Part shown: one piece after another, positions 43,949 through 54,833 of the stretch | Layout of the letters: every line of letters starts with the position of its first letter | Position numbering within the stretch: position 1 is the stretch's first letter | DNA from: Octopus vulgaris | Lineage: Eukaryota | Length of the DNA stretch: 64,000 nt | Reading direction: 5' to 3' | Assembly (NCBI GenBank): GCA_951406725.2 | Contig: OX597816.1 | Coordinates: 61,628,001 to 61,692,000 of the forward strand | Program-made: the position numbers and the translations under genes | The notes under the pieces: model-generated | The model's database searches: none | Seen by the model: the letters and a program-made list of their open reading frames with translations, nothing else | What the model was told of the DNA's origin: nothing

Positions 43949-44643
43949 CTCTCTCTATATAATATATAATAATTATATTAGGGAATATAACTCCAAACTT
44001 ACAGGGAAAAATTCAATTTAGTATTAAATCAAATTTCACTATATAAATATATAATATATATGAATTAGAGACAAAATCACTATTATATAATTCAAATTAC
44101 ATAATAGTGGTTTTTCTCTAATTTATATATATAATATGATATAATATAATATAATATAATATAATATAATATAATATAATGTAATATATATATATATATA
44201 TGCATGTATGCATGTATGTATGTATGTATATTGTTGACGTCATAAGCATTTTATAAACTCTCGACAGAACAAACCACCTTTTGCAATAGTATATCTCGAA
44301 GAATAGACATAAAGCTAGAAACATAAACTTTAAGAACCCTCTTGCTTATAAAAAGTTGAAGGCTACTCATAGCAATCGAACTCACATCTCCTGTAAACAC
44401 GACAGGCGGTTTAACACTGGACCAAAGCAGTCCTTTGAATTTTTCTTCTATACACTCGGCAACCCTGGTCGCCTATCGTAGGATATAAAAAGACTTTTTT
44501 CTGCTCATGGTTCGTCGATAAAGAAAAATAATTCGCAACCTTCCGTCTCAATAAATCACTGTTGTTCGTGAAAGTTGTTCTTTTAACATTTACTATGGAT
44601 TGCTCGAAGATAGCTTTCTTCCTACACCTCGATCTTCGGATCT

Positions 44644-44706
<63 letters not shown>

Positions 44707-45086
44707 GAGTTTTATCTTATATCATATCGACGTTTTATATCTATTGGTATATCTATTTATGTATTTATATATTTATAATGCCAACGTATTTTTAAAATAT
44801 TTTAAAATATTTTAAAATACCTGCGTATTTTTAAATATTAAATATTTATATGTTCATATACTCGTGTGTTTTAATGCTCTATTATCTGGAACTTTATATT
44901 GATATCCAATGAATGTGCACATATATATTGAATGTTCTATTGGATAATCGGTCATGTTCCTCTAGTTTTCCGCTGGTATTGCCTCCTTTGAAATCATAAA
45001 TTGGAACTTAGCTCAATTAGAGCATTTTAATTCCAGCCTGGTTCTGAGCATTGTTAAAGTTAACAATTTCAACTTAAAATTATACA

Positions 45087-45143
<57 letters not shown>

Positions 45144-45175
45144 AATACATACATACATACATACATGCATACATA

Positions 45176-45939
45176 TACGAGGCCTGATCAATAAGTATCG
45201 AGACTGTTGCCATAGCAACGAAGCTAAATCACGTAGAGTAAAGCCGCTTGGCAAAGATTGACATTGAACTATGCTGTGCATGCGCGCTGAGTTTCATAGT
45301 TCACTTCCGCTCTGCAGTGCTTTAAATGAAGGTGTGCAGCATGTGATCGCCGCATTGACCATGTAAGTAGTTGAGTAAAGAATCTGTTGCAAATTTTGCC
45401 AAAAGCTTGGTGATATCTGCTCAGAGGCTTACGCAAAGGTTTCAAAACTTCTTCAGGGATAATGGACTGAACTGAACCGTAACTAATCTGTTTATCCTCT
45501 GATAACTCAAGGATAGTGATTTGACGATTCTCTTCACAGTTGCACGCACATCTGCGATGTTTTTCTCAGTTCTGCTGGTTGTGGGTCTCCCAGACTGTTC
45601 GTCAATATCGACATTTTTCGGCTATCTTCGAAACGTCTGAACCAGTCATACACTTGTGTGCGGCTCAGACACTCCTCTCTACACACTTTCTGCAACTTTG
45701 CGTTGCCCTCTGAGTAGGTATCGCCATGACAGCTTACTCTGTCATGGGCAATGCGACGATCATATGCTAAAAAATCTTCATTTCAAGCATTGCTGTAAAT
45801 AGCGGAAGTGAGCTAGAACTTTAAAACTTAGTGCGCATGCACAGCAGATTTCAAGGTCAACCTTTGTCAAGCAGCTTCACTCTGCGTGATTTTTCTTCGT
45901 TACTATGGCAAGAGTCCGGATACTTATTGATCAGATTAC

Positions 45940-45942
<3 letters not shown>
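45176..45942. mobile_element. Mariner-derived palindromic element built from two inverted 5' ends
   Basis: TIRs TACGAGGCCTGATCAATAAGTATC / GATACTTATTGATCAGATTACGTA; ~200-bp inverted arms; transposase N-terminus on both strands (RICCKFCQKLG on +; CLSRTQVYDWFRRFED..SGRPTTSRTEKNIADVR on -); TA flanks. Confidence 0.8.
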
Positions 45943-46035
<93 letters not shown>

Positions 46036-46036
46036 G

Positions 46037-47470
46037 TAATCATGTTCCTTGAAGAACTAATCATGTTCCTTGAAGAAAATGACTTGCTGTCTGACACCCA
46101 GCATGAATTTCGACCAGGTAGAGGCTGCCTAACACAGCTCCTGCAACACTATGACTGGGTGTTGAAACAGCTACTAAATGGCTCAAATGTGGATGTAATA
46201 TATCTCGACTTTGCAAAAGCCTTTGATAAAGTCGACCATGGTATGATCTGTCACAAACTGCGTGGTCTCGGCATAGGCGGGAAACTTGGAGAGTGGCTGC
46301 ACAACTTCCTAAAAGACAGAAAACAGGCAGTTGTGAGCAATGGAGCCACCTCCAAGGAAACGCAAATAACAAGCGGTGTCCCACAGGGCACTGTCTTGGG
46401 GCCACTGATGTTCATAGTGGCCCTTTCAGACATGCCTTCAGTTGCTACGATGACCACCCTTGCTAGCTATGCAGATGACACAAAAGTCTCCCACGCAATA
46501 CAAAACCCTGAAAATATTGCGCATCTGCAACATGAGCTGGACACAATATACAGGTGGGCTGAGGACAACAACATGCAGTTTAATGCAGGTAAGTTCCAGG
46601 CCCTGCGCTATTGGCACACAAAGGTAAATGACGTGAAGACTAGATACACTGGCCCAGGAAGAATTGCAATCCCTGAGTCAAAATCAGTGCGTGACCTGGG
46701 CATTGACATGAGCAATGATGCATCTTTCCAAATGCATATTGCTAATCTGGTGATAAAATGCAGACGACTAGCTGGATGGATTCTCCGAACTTTCAGAACA
46801 AGAGAGAAGGAGACACTGATGGTCCTATGGAAAACATTCGTCCTCAGCCGCTTGGACTACTGCTCCCAACTTTGGTCACCACACAATATAAAACAAACAG
46901 CAGAACTCGAAGCAATTCAGAGAAGCTACACAAAGAAAATCGTCTCAATGCAAAATATCAGCTACTGGGAAAGACTGAAGGTATTAAACCTCTTCTCCCT
47001 AGAGCGGAGGCGGGAGAGATATGCAGTGATATACATCTGGAAAATCCTGGAGGGTCTTGTCCCAAACTTTGGCATTCAAAGTTACTCCAACCGCAGAACG
47101 GGGCGCCGCTGCGTGATGCCAAGGATTCCAACATCACCATCAAAATACAGGTCCAGATACTGCAACAGCTTGGGTTTCAGAGGACCACAGCTCTTTAACA
47201 TCCTCCCTAAATGCCCGAGAGACTTACATGGTGTGGATGTGGGTTTCTTTAAAACTAAACTGGATCTCTTCTTGTTGGGAGTCCCAGATGAACCTACCTC
47301 ACGACAGGAGACGCGGATGCGGGCAGCAGCATCGAACTCCCTTGTTGATCAAGTGCCACGTATCAGAGGTGGATTCACAAACTAGTGTAGCTCATTCAGC
47401 GGTGGTGCCCCAGCATGGCCGCGGCCTTCGGGCTAAAACATTTTAAAGGATTTAAAGGATTAAAGGATTT
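46037..47470 (+). mobile_element. CR1-like LINE insertion in (TA)n
   Basis: Short 3' UTR ending in a (TTTAAAGGA)-type tandem tail; 20-bp duplication at the 5' junction; TA tracts on both sides. Confidence 0.88.
46042..47385 (+). CDS. CR1-like LINE ORF2, open 5'-truncated reverse transcriptase (447 aa)
   Basis: QHEFRPGRGC, YLDFAKAFDKVDH, SGVPQGTVLGPLMF, YADDTK, RDLG, LDYCSQLWSP, LERRRER. Confidence 0.92.
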   Translation: MFLEELIMFLEENDLLSDTQHEFRPGRGCLTQLLQHYDWVLKQLLNGSNVDVIYLDFAKAFDKVDHGMICHKLRGLGIGGKLGEWLHNFLKDRKQAVVSNGATSKETQITSGVPQGTVLGPLMFIVALSDMPSVATMTTLASYADDTKVSHAIQNPENIAHLQHELDTIYRWAEDNNMQFNAGKFQALRYWHTKVNDVKTRYTGPGRIAIPESKSVRDLGIDMSNDASFQMHIANLVIKCRRLAGWILRTFRTREKETLMVLWKTFVLSRLDYCSQLWSPHNIKQTAELEAIQRSYTKKIVSMQNISYWERLKVLNLFSLERRRERYAVIYIWKILEGLVPNFGIQSYSNRRTGRRCVMPRIPTSPSKYRSRYCNSLGFRGPQLFNILPKCPRDLHGVDVGFFKTKLDLFLLGVPDEPTSRQETRMRAAASNSLVDQVPRIRGGFTN

Positions 47471-47490
47471 ATATATATGTACATACATAC

Positions 47491-47521
<31 letters not shown>

Positions 47522-47613
47522 AGTAAGGAAAAATTTTTTTAAAAATGCAGAATGCTCAAATGAAAGAAAATTTTAATAAAATGAGAAAATGATAAAATAT
47601 ATAAATATATATT

Positions 47614-47654
47614 TATTCAACCGGTTTTCGTCATTGTATGACTTGTCAAGAATA
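47614..47654 (-). ncRNA. Minimal hammerhead ribozyme (U3-A8 variant) in the pLTR
   Basis: Reverse complement TATTC-TTGACAA-GTCAT ACA ATGAC-GAAA-ACCGGTT-GAATA. Confidence 0.7.
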
Positions 47655-48286
47655 TTTATGTTTTAAGAAGTTTTTTTTAAAATTAGAAAGGGGAAAAAAA
47701 GAAAATTGCATTGTTTTTTGTAAAAGAATAATGATAAAAATGTACAAAAATTAAAAAATAAGTTCTCCGATACATTGTGAGTTCGTTGTGTATCTTGAGT
47801 TTTATGGTTGTTTACCAAAAAATTACCTTGAGGTGTTAAGATCCAAAGGGATTAAGAGCATGTGATGTGTTGTGTTGTTAAATTCAGCATGTTGCAGGAC
47901 AGGAAGTAGTAGTAATTGTGGTCCTGGTTCTTCAGTTCCTGTGTTGTGAGTAAGGGGAGACAAATCTTTTGAGTTCTTCAATAAAACCCAAATTATAAAA
48001 CTATCATTTTAGCTTCATTTGCATTATCTTTTTTATATAATTGCTTGTTAACTTAACTTTCAGATTTTAACACTTTATTTATATTATTTTCTAATAATAT
48101 AAATCTGCATAGACAATTGCATTTCAAATTGTCATATCATTTATAATAAAAATGATAGTAATAACAACAATAGTAAAAATGATATTTAAAGAATATAAGT
48201 TTTAGCTTGAAGTGATGAATGCATGGTATCTTTATATATTTGTGTTAGTCCATCCATGAAGAGTGAGGTAGAGAAAGGAAGTTTGA

Positions 48287-50604
48287 TCAACGAGGAGTTT
48301 GCATATTAAGTTGTGTTTGGAATTTTTCAATAAAGAGATTCTCCTTGTTAATTCTCTCCTGTGTGGTGATCCCGTCTTTACATTGGTAGAAGGGGAATAT
48401 ATAGAATTTGGGGTTTAAGTCTTTAGCACATGAGTCTAAGTGGTCACTCAGTGGAATTTGTCGGTATTCCGGGAGATTTATTTGTTCTTTATGCACCGTT
48501 ACTCGTTTACGTAACGGGAGACTCGTTTGTCCAACATAATTATGTTGGCAACCAGCGCATGTGAGAACGTAGATAAGGTTCTCGGAGGAACAGGAGAAGT
48601 TAGTCTTGATTTTAAACTTCGTACCTTGTTTGAAGGTAAATTCAGAGCCTTCAAGTAGAAAGGGGCAGGTACCACAGTTTGAGCGTGCACATTTTTTTAC
48701 TGTTGGGGGTGGATGTGGTGTGTGAAGTTTGGCATTTGTCAAGAGTTTTTTTAAAGATTTGTGTTGCCTTTTGCATTTGAGGATTTTGTGTGTATTTATA
48801 ATGTTTTTCATTTTTGGGTCTGTTGACAGTAGACTGAGGTTTTGTATGATTGTGGTGTATGCTTCGATATTTTTGGGGTTGTGGGTGGAAATGTATGGAA
48901 GTATTTTGAGGTTGTGTGTGGTGTTAGGTTGGGTGGTTTTCAGTGTAGTGTTGTCTAGTTCTTTGGCGCGTTTTATTCCATACTCTATAAGGGTGGAGGG
49001 ATATTGACGTTGTAATAGTGTTTTTTTGAGGTCTTGAAGGCGTATTTCTCGTGTTTTTGAATCCGAGACAATGGTGCATACCCTTTTAGCTAAATTGAAA
49101 GGGATATTTGTCTTGGTGTGTTTTGGGTGGCATGAACTAAAGAGGAGGTATTGTTGTGAGTCTGTAGGTTTGTGGTAGATGTCTGTTATGATTTGGTTCT
49201 TAGGTGTTTTTATAATTAGGAGATCAAGGAATGGGAGATGATGTTTGCTTAATTCCATAGTGAATTGGATGTTGGGATGTATGTTGTTTAGTATGGTTTT
49301 GAATTCCAGGAGTTTTTCATAAGGTTCTTTCCATATGATGAAACAATCATCTAAATACCTTTTCCAGTTTTCCATTAGGTAGGTGTGGAAAACATGTCCA
49401 AATTTCTGGCTTGATATTTCATAGAGTGACAGTTCGAAGTAACCCATTATGAGGTTCGCAAGGACTGGTGCAGCCTTGGTACCCATCGCAATGCCACATT
49501 TTTGACGGTAGTGTGTGTCGTCGAAGAGAAAAAAATTGTTTGTCAGAATGAACTTAAGAGATTCTTTAATAAAAGACTTGTTAATGTGGTCAGGGAATGT
49601 CTCTGGGTGTTTTTCTAGCCAGAAGTCAATTGCCTCTATACCATACTCATGTGGAATGTTGGTGTAGAGGTTGATGACATCAAAGGATACCAGGAGTGCC
49701 TCCTCGTTAATTGTTTTCGGGAGGTGTTTGAGCATGTCCAGATCATCCCTAATGAAACTTTTGATGTGGGTAAGGAAAGGTTTCAAAAGGATGTCTAGGA
49801 AGTTACTCAGGCGGTGTGTTTCACAGGAGGTACCAGCCACGATGGGCCTTAGTTTTAGGTCCTCCGGTGCTTTGATGTTGATGTGGATGTCAGTGGAGAG
49901 TTTGCAGGCTTCGGTGATGTATTTGTTTTTATGGATTTTAGGAAGGCCATAAAAAAGGCTGGGCTTGCATTTGAAAATGGTGATATAATCCCTTTCTTTT
50001 TCTGTGAGTCCCTGACCGTGTTGGCGTATGAGTGTGGTGAGGTTTCTGATTGTTTTTTGCTGTTTGTAGTTGTTAATAACCTCATAGAAAATGTTATTGT
50101 TAAGCATGGAGAACACTAGGTGTTTATAAAATTCCGTGTCCATAAGGACCACAGCACTCCCTTTGTCCGCTTCTTTGATGGTGAGGTTTTTATCCAGTTG
50201 TATGTCACGTAGGTTTTCCCATTCTTCCTTACTGAAATTGGATTTTACCTTGGTTTTGCTTGGGGTAAAGGGGAGACTCTGGATGTGTTTACAGAAATCG
50301 TCCAGTGTTTTATTTCTCCCTTTTGGTGGTAGGAAGTTGCTTTTATTTCTGATCAATGAATCGTCCCCATTGTTGATATCTGTCAAAGCTTCTGTTAGGC
50401 GAAGTTTTCTGCAGAATTCAGAAACGTCATCCTTGACCTCCGGGGGTTGGGTGTTCTTGGGGTGGGTGTGAATTTCAAACCTCTTGCTAGGATGTTGATT
50501 TGGGTTGGTGTCAGTGTTTTGCTGGAGAGGTTTATAATTTTTGTTTTCTTATTTTGGGTCTGTGTTAGCGGTGGTGTTTGTATTTTTCCCCTCTGTCTAA
50601 AAAA
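48287..50604 (-). CDS. PLE ORF2: reverse transcriptase + C-terminal GIY-YIG endonuclease (Neptune-like Cys linker)
   Basis: IKEADKGSAVV, FYGLPKIHK, LRPIVAG, SFDVINLYTNIP, GIAMGT, RYLDDCF, LPFLD, CARSNCGTC, LIYVLTCAGCQHNYVGQT. The PLE-typical N-terminus KIINLSSKTLT..LARGLKFTPTP lies one frame off upstream of the 699-aa ORF (1-nt indel near 50442-50462). Confidence 0.92.
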
Positions 50605-52057
50605 TGGTTGTTGAGGTAAGGGGTGTATTCTTTGTTAAAGTTCTGGTTGTATGTGTAGGAGTGTTTTTGGGTGGGGAGGTTGGAGGGGGGTAGGTAGTTG
50701 TCGTATTTGTGTTGGTATGGGATGCGATGGTGTAAGGATTTGTGAGAAATGCGATGGGTTTGTGGGTGTGTGTCTGGTAGATTGTATGGGGGGATGTAGG
50801 GGGGTATGTAGTTGTGGTGATTGGGTTCGTGTGGGATGTGAGGGTTTGGAGATCTGTAGGAGATGTGGTAGGAATGTGGTTGTTGGATGGGTGGGCTATA
50901 GGGGGTTCGTTGGGTGGGTCTTATATGTATCGGTGTGGGTAGGATGCCTTGTTTGTTATTAGTGTGAGGGAGGGGAGCCTTGAGGGGGGGATAATTTCTA
51001 GTGTATGGGAGGTTCTTGAAGGTTCTAATCGGTGGGGGAGGGGTGTTAGAGTGATTGGAAAACCAGGTTTTGTGGTGGGTCTTGTTTGAGATGTTTCGGG
51101 GGGAAAAGGTTTTTTATATGGTTGGGGGAGGTTGTGTCCTGTTAGGAGGGGGTTTGGAGAGTATGTGTATTTGAGGTGCGGTTTGGAATGGTGTTTATGG
51201 GGTACAGTGGAAGTCTGTGTTGTGGGTACTTTTATGAATGGGTTTTTGGATTTATGGTTTAATATGAATTGTGTTTCATAGTTGAGGAAGAAATCTTTGT
51301 TGTTTTCCCAGCGTTTGAGGGAGGTTCGTTCTTCCTTTTCACATTCATCTTTCCATAGTTTAATAACAAGTTCGAGGGGCTGTTCGTTGGTGTGTGAGGT
51401 TAGTTCTAGAAGTATCTCATCGTCTATTTTTGTGTATTTTTGTTCGTGGTTTTGTGCTCTGAGTTTTAGAAGTTCTACTTCGGTTTTCATTTTTTCCAAT
51501 GTTAGTTTTTCTCTTAGGGAGCGTTGTTTTTCAGGTTCGTCTGGGATGTGTTTGATTTGGAATTTTCGGGGTAGTATGATAGGGGAGGAGTTTAACCATT
51601 TGTCGTAAATTTCAGCTTTGTTTTGGTTTTTGAGCATGTTCCAGAAGAGAAGTTTTCTGTTGTGTAGTTTCTTAGTCCAAGTAGTGATGATCTGGTTTTT
51701 AATGCGTTGTGCTGGGGTTGAAATGTGTTCCTTCTGTGTGTTGAGTGGTGTCTGAGGTCTCTTTGGCGTTGAATTGGTAAGTAGAGTTTTCAGTGTAGTG
51801 TTGATTTCATTTAGGTTTACATCTATCTTATCCGAAAGTAGAGTTTTCAGTGTAGTGTTGATTTCGTTTAGGTTTACATCAATTTTATCCGAAAGTTGTT
51901 GATGATGGTTGTTTTCTGAGTTGTCCCGGGATTGAAGGAGAAGTTCGTCAATTTTTTTGGAGAATGTAAGTAGATGTGTATTGAGTACTTTGAGTTCTTT
52001 TAGAATGGTCTTATTGGTGACTGTCTCTGTAAGAGTGCTCTTGTTTTTCGGAGGCAT
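50565..52057 (-). CDS. PLE ORF1: coiled-coil N-half + Pro/His/Tyr-rich C-half (~497 aa if one A-run indel is corrected)
   Basis: 378-aa ORF from the ATG at 52057; the adjacent frame is open from 51113 to TAA at 50567-50565 (KTFSPRNI...YLNNHFLDRGEKYKHHR*), implying a 1-nt deletion in the overlap, most simply the A6 run at 51110-51115. Confidence 0.7.
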
Positions 52058-52214
52058 TCTGAATCACACGTGTGGTAGAGGGTACAGATCAATAAATGGT
52101 GGGGTTGTGGAGAAAAATGATAAGTAAGGAAAAATTTTTTTAAAAATGCAGAATGCTCAAATGAAAGAAAATTTTAATAAAATGAGAAAATGATAAAATA
52201 TATAAATATATATT

Positions 52215-52255
52215 TATTCAACCGGTTTTCGTCATTGTATGACTTGTCAAGAATA
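52215..52255 (-). ncRNA. Minimal hammerhead ribozyme (U3-A8 variant), upstream pLTR copy
   Basis: Identical to 47614-47654. Confidence 0.7.
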
Positions 52256-52499
52256 TTTATGTTTTAAGAAGTTTTTTTTTAAGAAGTTTTTTACATTACG
52301 TTCTCACATGCGCTGGTTGCCAACATAATTATGTTGGACAAACGAGTCTCCCGTTACGTAAACGAGTAACGGTGCATAAAGAACAAATAAATTTCCCGGA
52401 ATACCGACAAATTCCACTGAGTGACCACTTAGACTCATGTGCTAAAGACTTAAACCCCAAATTCTATATATTCCCCTTCTACCAATGTAAAGAAGTTTT

Positions 52500-53428
52500 T
52501 TATAAAAACACCTAAGAACCAAATCATAACAGACATCTACCACAAACCTACAGACTCACAACAATACCTCCTCTTTAGTTCATGCCACCCAAAACACACC
52601 AAGACAAATATCCCTTTCAATTTAGCTAAAAGGGTATGCACCATTGTCTCGGATCCAAAAACACGAGAAATACGCCTTCAAGACCTCAAAAAAACACTAT
52701 TACAACGTCAATATCCCTCCACCCTTATAGAGTATGGAATAAAACGCGCCAAAGAACTAGACAACACTACACTGAAAACCACCCAACCTAACACCACACA
52801 CAACCTCAAAATACTTCCATACATTTCCACCCACAACCCCAAAAATATCGAAGCATACACCACAATCATACAAAACCTCAGTCTACTGTCAACAGACCCA
52901 AAAATGAAAAACATTATAAATACACACAAAATCCTCAAATGCAAAAGGCAACACAAATCTTTAAAAAAACTCTTGACAAATGCCAAACTTCACACACCAC
53001 ATCCACCCCCAACAGTAAAAAAATGTGCACGCTCAAACTGTGGTACCTGCCCCTTTCTACTTGAAGGCTCTGAATTTACCTTCAAACAAGGTACGAAGTT
53101 TAAAATCAAGACTAACTTCTCCTGTTCCTCCGAGAACCTTATCTACGTTCTCACATGCGCTGGTTGCCAACATAATTATGTTGGACAAACGAGTCTCCCG
53201 TTACGTAAACGAGTAACGGTGCATAAAGAACAAATAAATCTCCCGGAATACCGACAAATTCCACTGAGTGACCACTTAGACTCATGTGCTAAAGACTTAA
53301 ACCCCAAATTCTATATATTCCCCTTCTACCAATGTAAAGACGGGATCACCACACAGGAGAGAATTAACAAGGAGAATCTCTTTATTGAAAAATTCCAAAC
53401 ACAACTTAATATGCAAACTCCTCGTTGA
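52500..53428 (+). pseudogene. Inverted 5'-truncated copy of PLE ORF2 (thumb + GIY-YIG)
   Basis: 174-aa ORF 52904-53428 identical to the C-terminus of the minus-strand ORF. Confidence 0.9.
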
Positions 53429-54059
53429 TCAAACTTCCTTTCTCTACCTCACTCTTCATGGATGGACTAACACAAATATATAAAGATACCATGCATTCAT
53501 CACTTCAAGCTAAAACTTATATTCTTTAAATATCATTTTTACTATTGTTGTTATTACTATCATTTTTATTATAAATGATATGACAATTTGAAATGCAATT
53601 GTCTATGCAGATTTATATTATTAGAAAATAATATAAATAAAGTGTTAAAATCTGAAAGTTAAGTTAACAAGCAATTATATAAAAAAGATAATGCAAATGA
53701 AGCTAAAATGATAGTTTTATAATTTGGGTTTTATTGAAGAACTCAAAAGATTTGTCTCCCCTTACTCACAACACAGGAACTGAAGAACCAGGACCACAAT
53801 TACTACTACTTCCTGTCCTGCAACATGCTGAATTTAACAACACAACACATCACATGCTCTTAATCCCTTTGGATCTTAACACCTCAAGGTAATTTTTTGG
53901 TAAACAACCATAAAACTCAAGATACACAACGAACTCACAATGTATCGGAGAACTTATTTTTTAATTTTTGTACATTTTTATTATTATTCTTTTACAAAAA
54001 ACAATGCAATTTTCTTTTTTTCCCCTTTCTAATTTTAAAAAAACTTCTTAAAACATAAA

Positions 54060-54100
54060 TATTCTTGACAAGTCATACAATGACGAAAACCGGTTGAATA
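54060..54100 (+). ncRNA. Minimal hammerhead ribozyme (U3-A8 variant), inverted pLTR copy
   Basis: TATTCTTGACAAGTCATACAATGACGAAAACCGGTTGAATA. Confidence 0.7.
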
Positions 54101-54303
54101 AATATATATTTATATATTTTATCATTTTCTCATTTTATTAAAATTTTCTTTCATTTGAGCATTCTGCATTTAAAAAAAAAAATTTTCCTTACTTATCATT
54201 TCTCCACGTGCGGTCAACACAACCCCACCATTTATTGATCTATATATATATATATATATATACATATATACATATATGTATATATACATACACACACACA
54301 CAT

Positions 54304-54351
<48 letters not shown>

Positions 54352-54735
54352 ATATATATATATATATACACACATATATATATACGCACATATATATACT
54401 GTATATGTACTTCTCTTACACACACACTTATTAAAATCATTTGTCTCTATGTGTGTTTGAGTGTGAAGGGCTCTGCCTATAGGTTAGGATGTTGGGCTGG
54501 TGATAATAAGACCGCAGGTTCGATTCCAGAACCAGGCAAGATTGCTTCAGTCTACTTAACTTAAGATGAGTACTAGCTAACCTCTTTCCTCATTACTGTC
54601 ACATCCTGAATGCCCTGCAAAGTCAAGGGTGGGTGTACTGAAGGCGCTATTCATATTATCTCGTGATCATATGGCCAGCTAAAACAATTACCAAAAGCAT
54701 GGTGCTTGTTACCAGTTCATATCATATTCGCTTGA

Positions 54736-54815
<80 letters not shown>

Positions 54816-54833
54816 CATATACATACATACATA

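Larger units (their letters stand above)
47519..54241. mobile_element. Penelope-like element complex (full minus-strand copy + pLTR + inverted 3' partial copy)
   Basis: RT/GIY-YIG ORF; ~160-bp direct repeat at 47520-47678 and 52121-52280; ~1.7-kb near-identical inverted arms 47519-49215 and 52500-54196; (TA)n flanks. Confidence 0.93.

Noticed and set aside
44360-44432. tRNA-like sequence on the minus strand
   Set aside because: A/B-box remnants only and the cloverleaf does not close; probably a decayed SINE head. The SINE heads elsewhere are likewise not called as tRNA genes.
48287-50386. Selenocysteine-type or N-terminal GIY-YIG (Naiad/Chlamys) PLE
   Set aside because: The GIY-YIG domain is C-terminal and there are no in-frame UGA codons within the ORF.
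48499-51608. Antisense and alternative-frame ORFs over the PLE (and over the CR1 RT)
   Set aside because: Shadow ORFs explained by the codon bias of the real reading frames.
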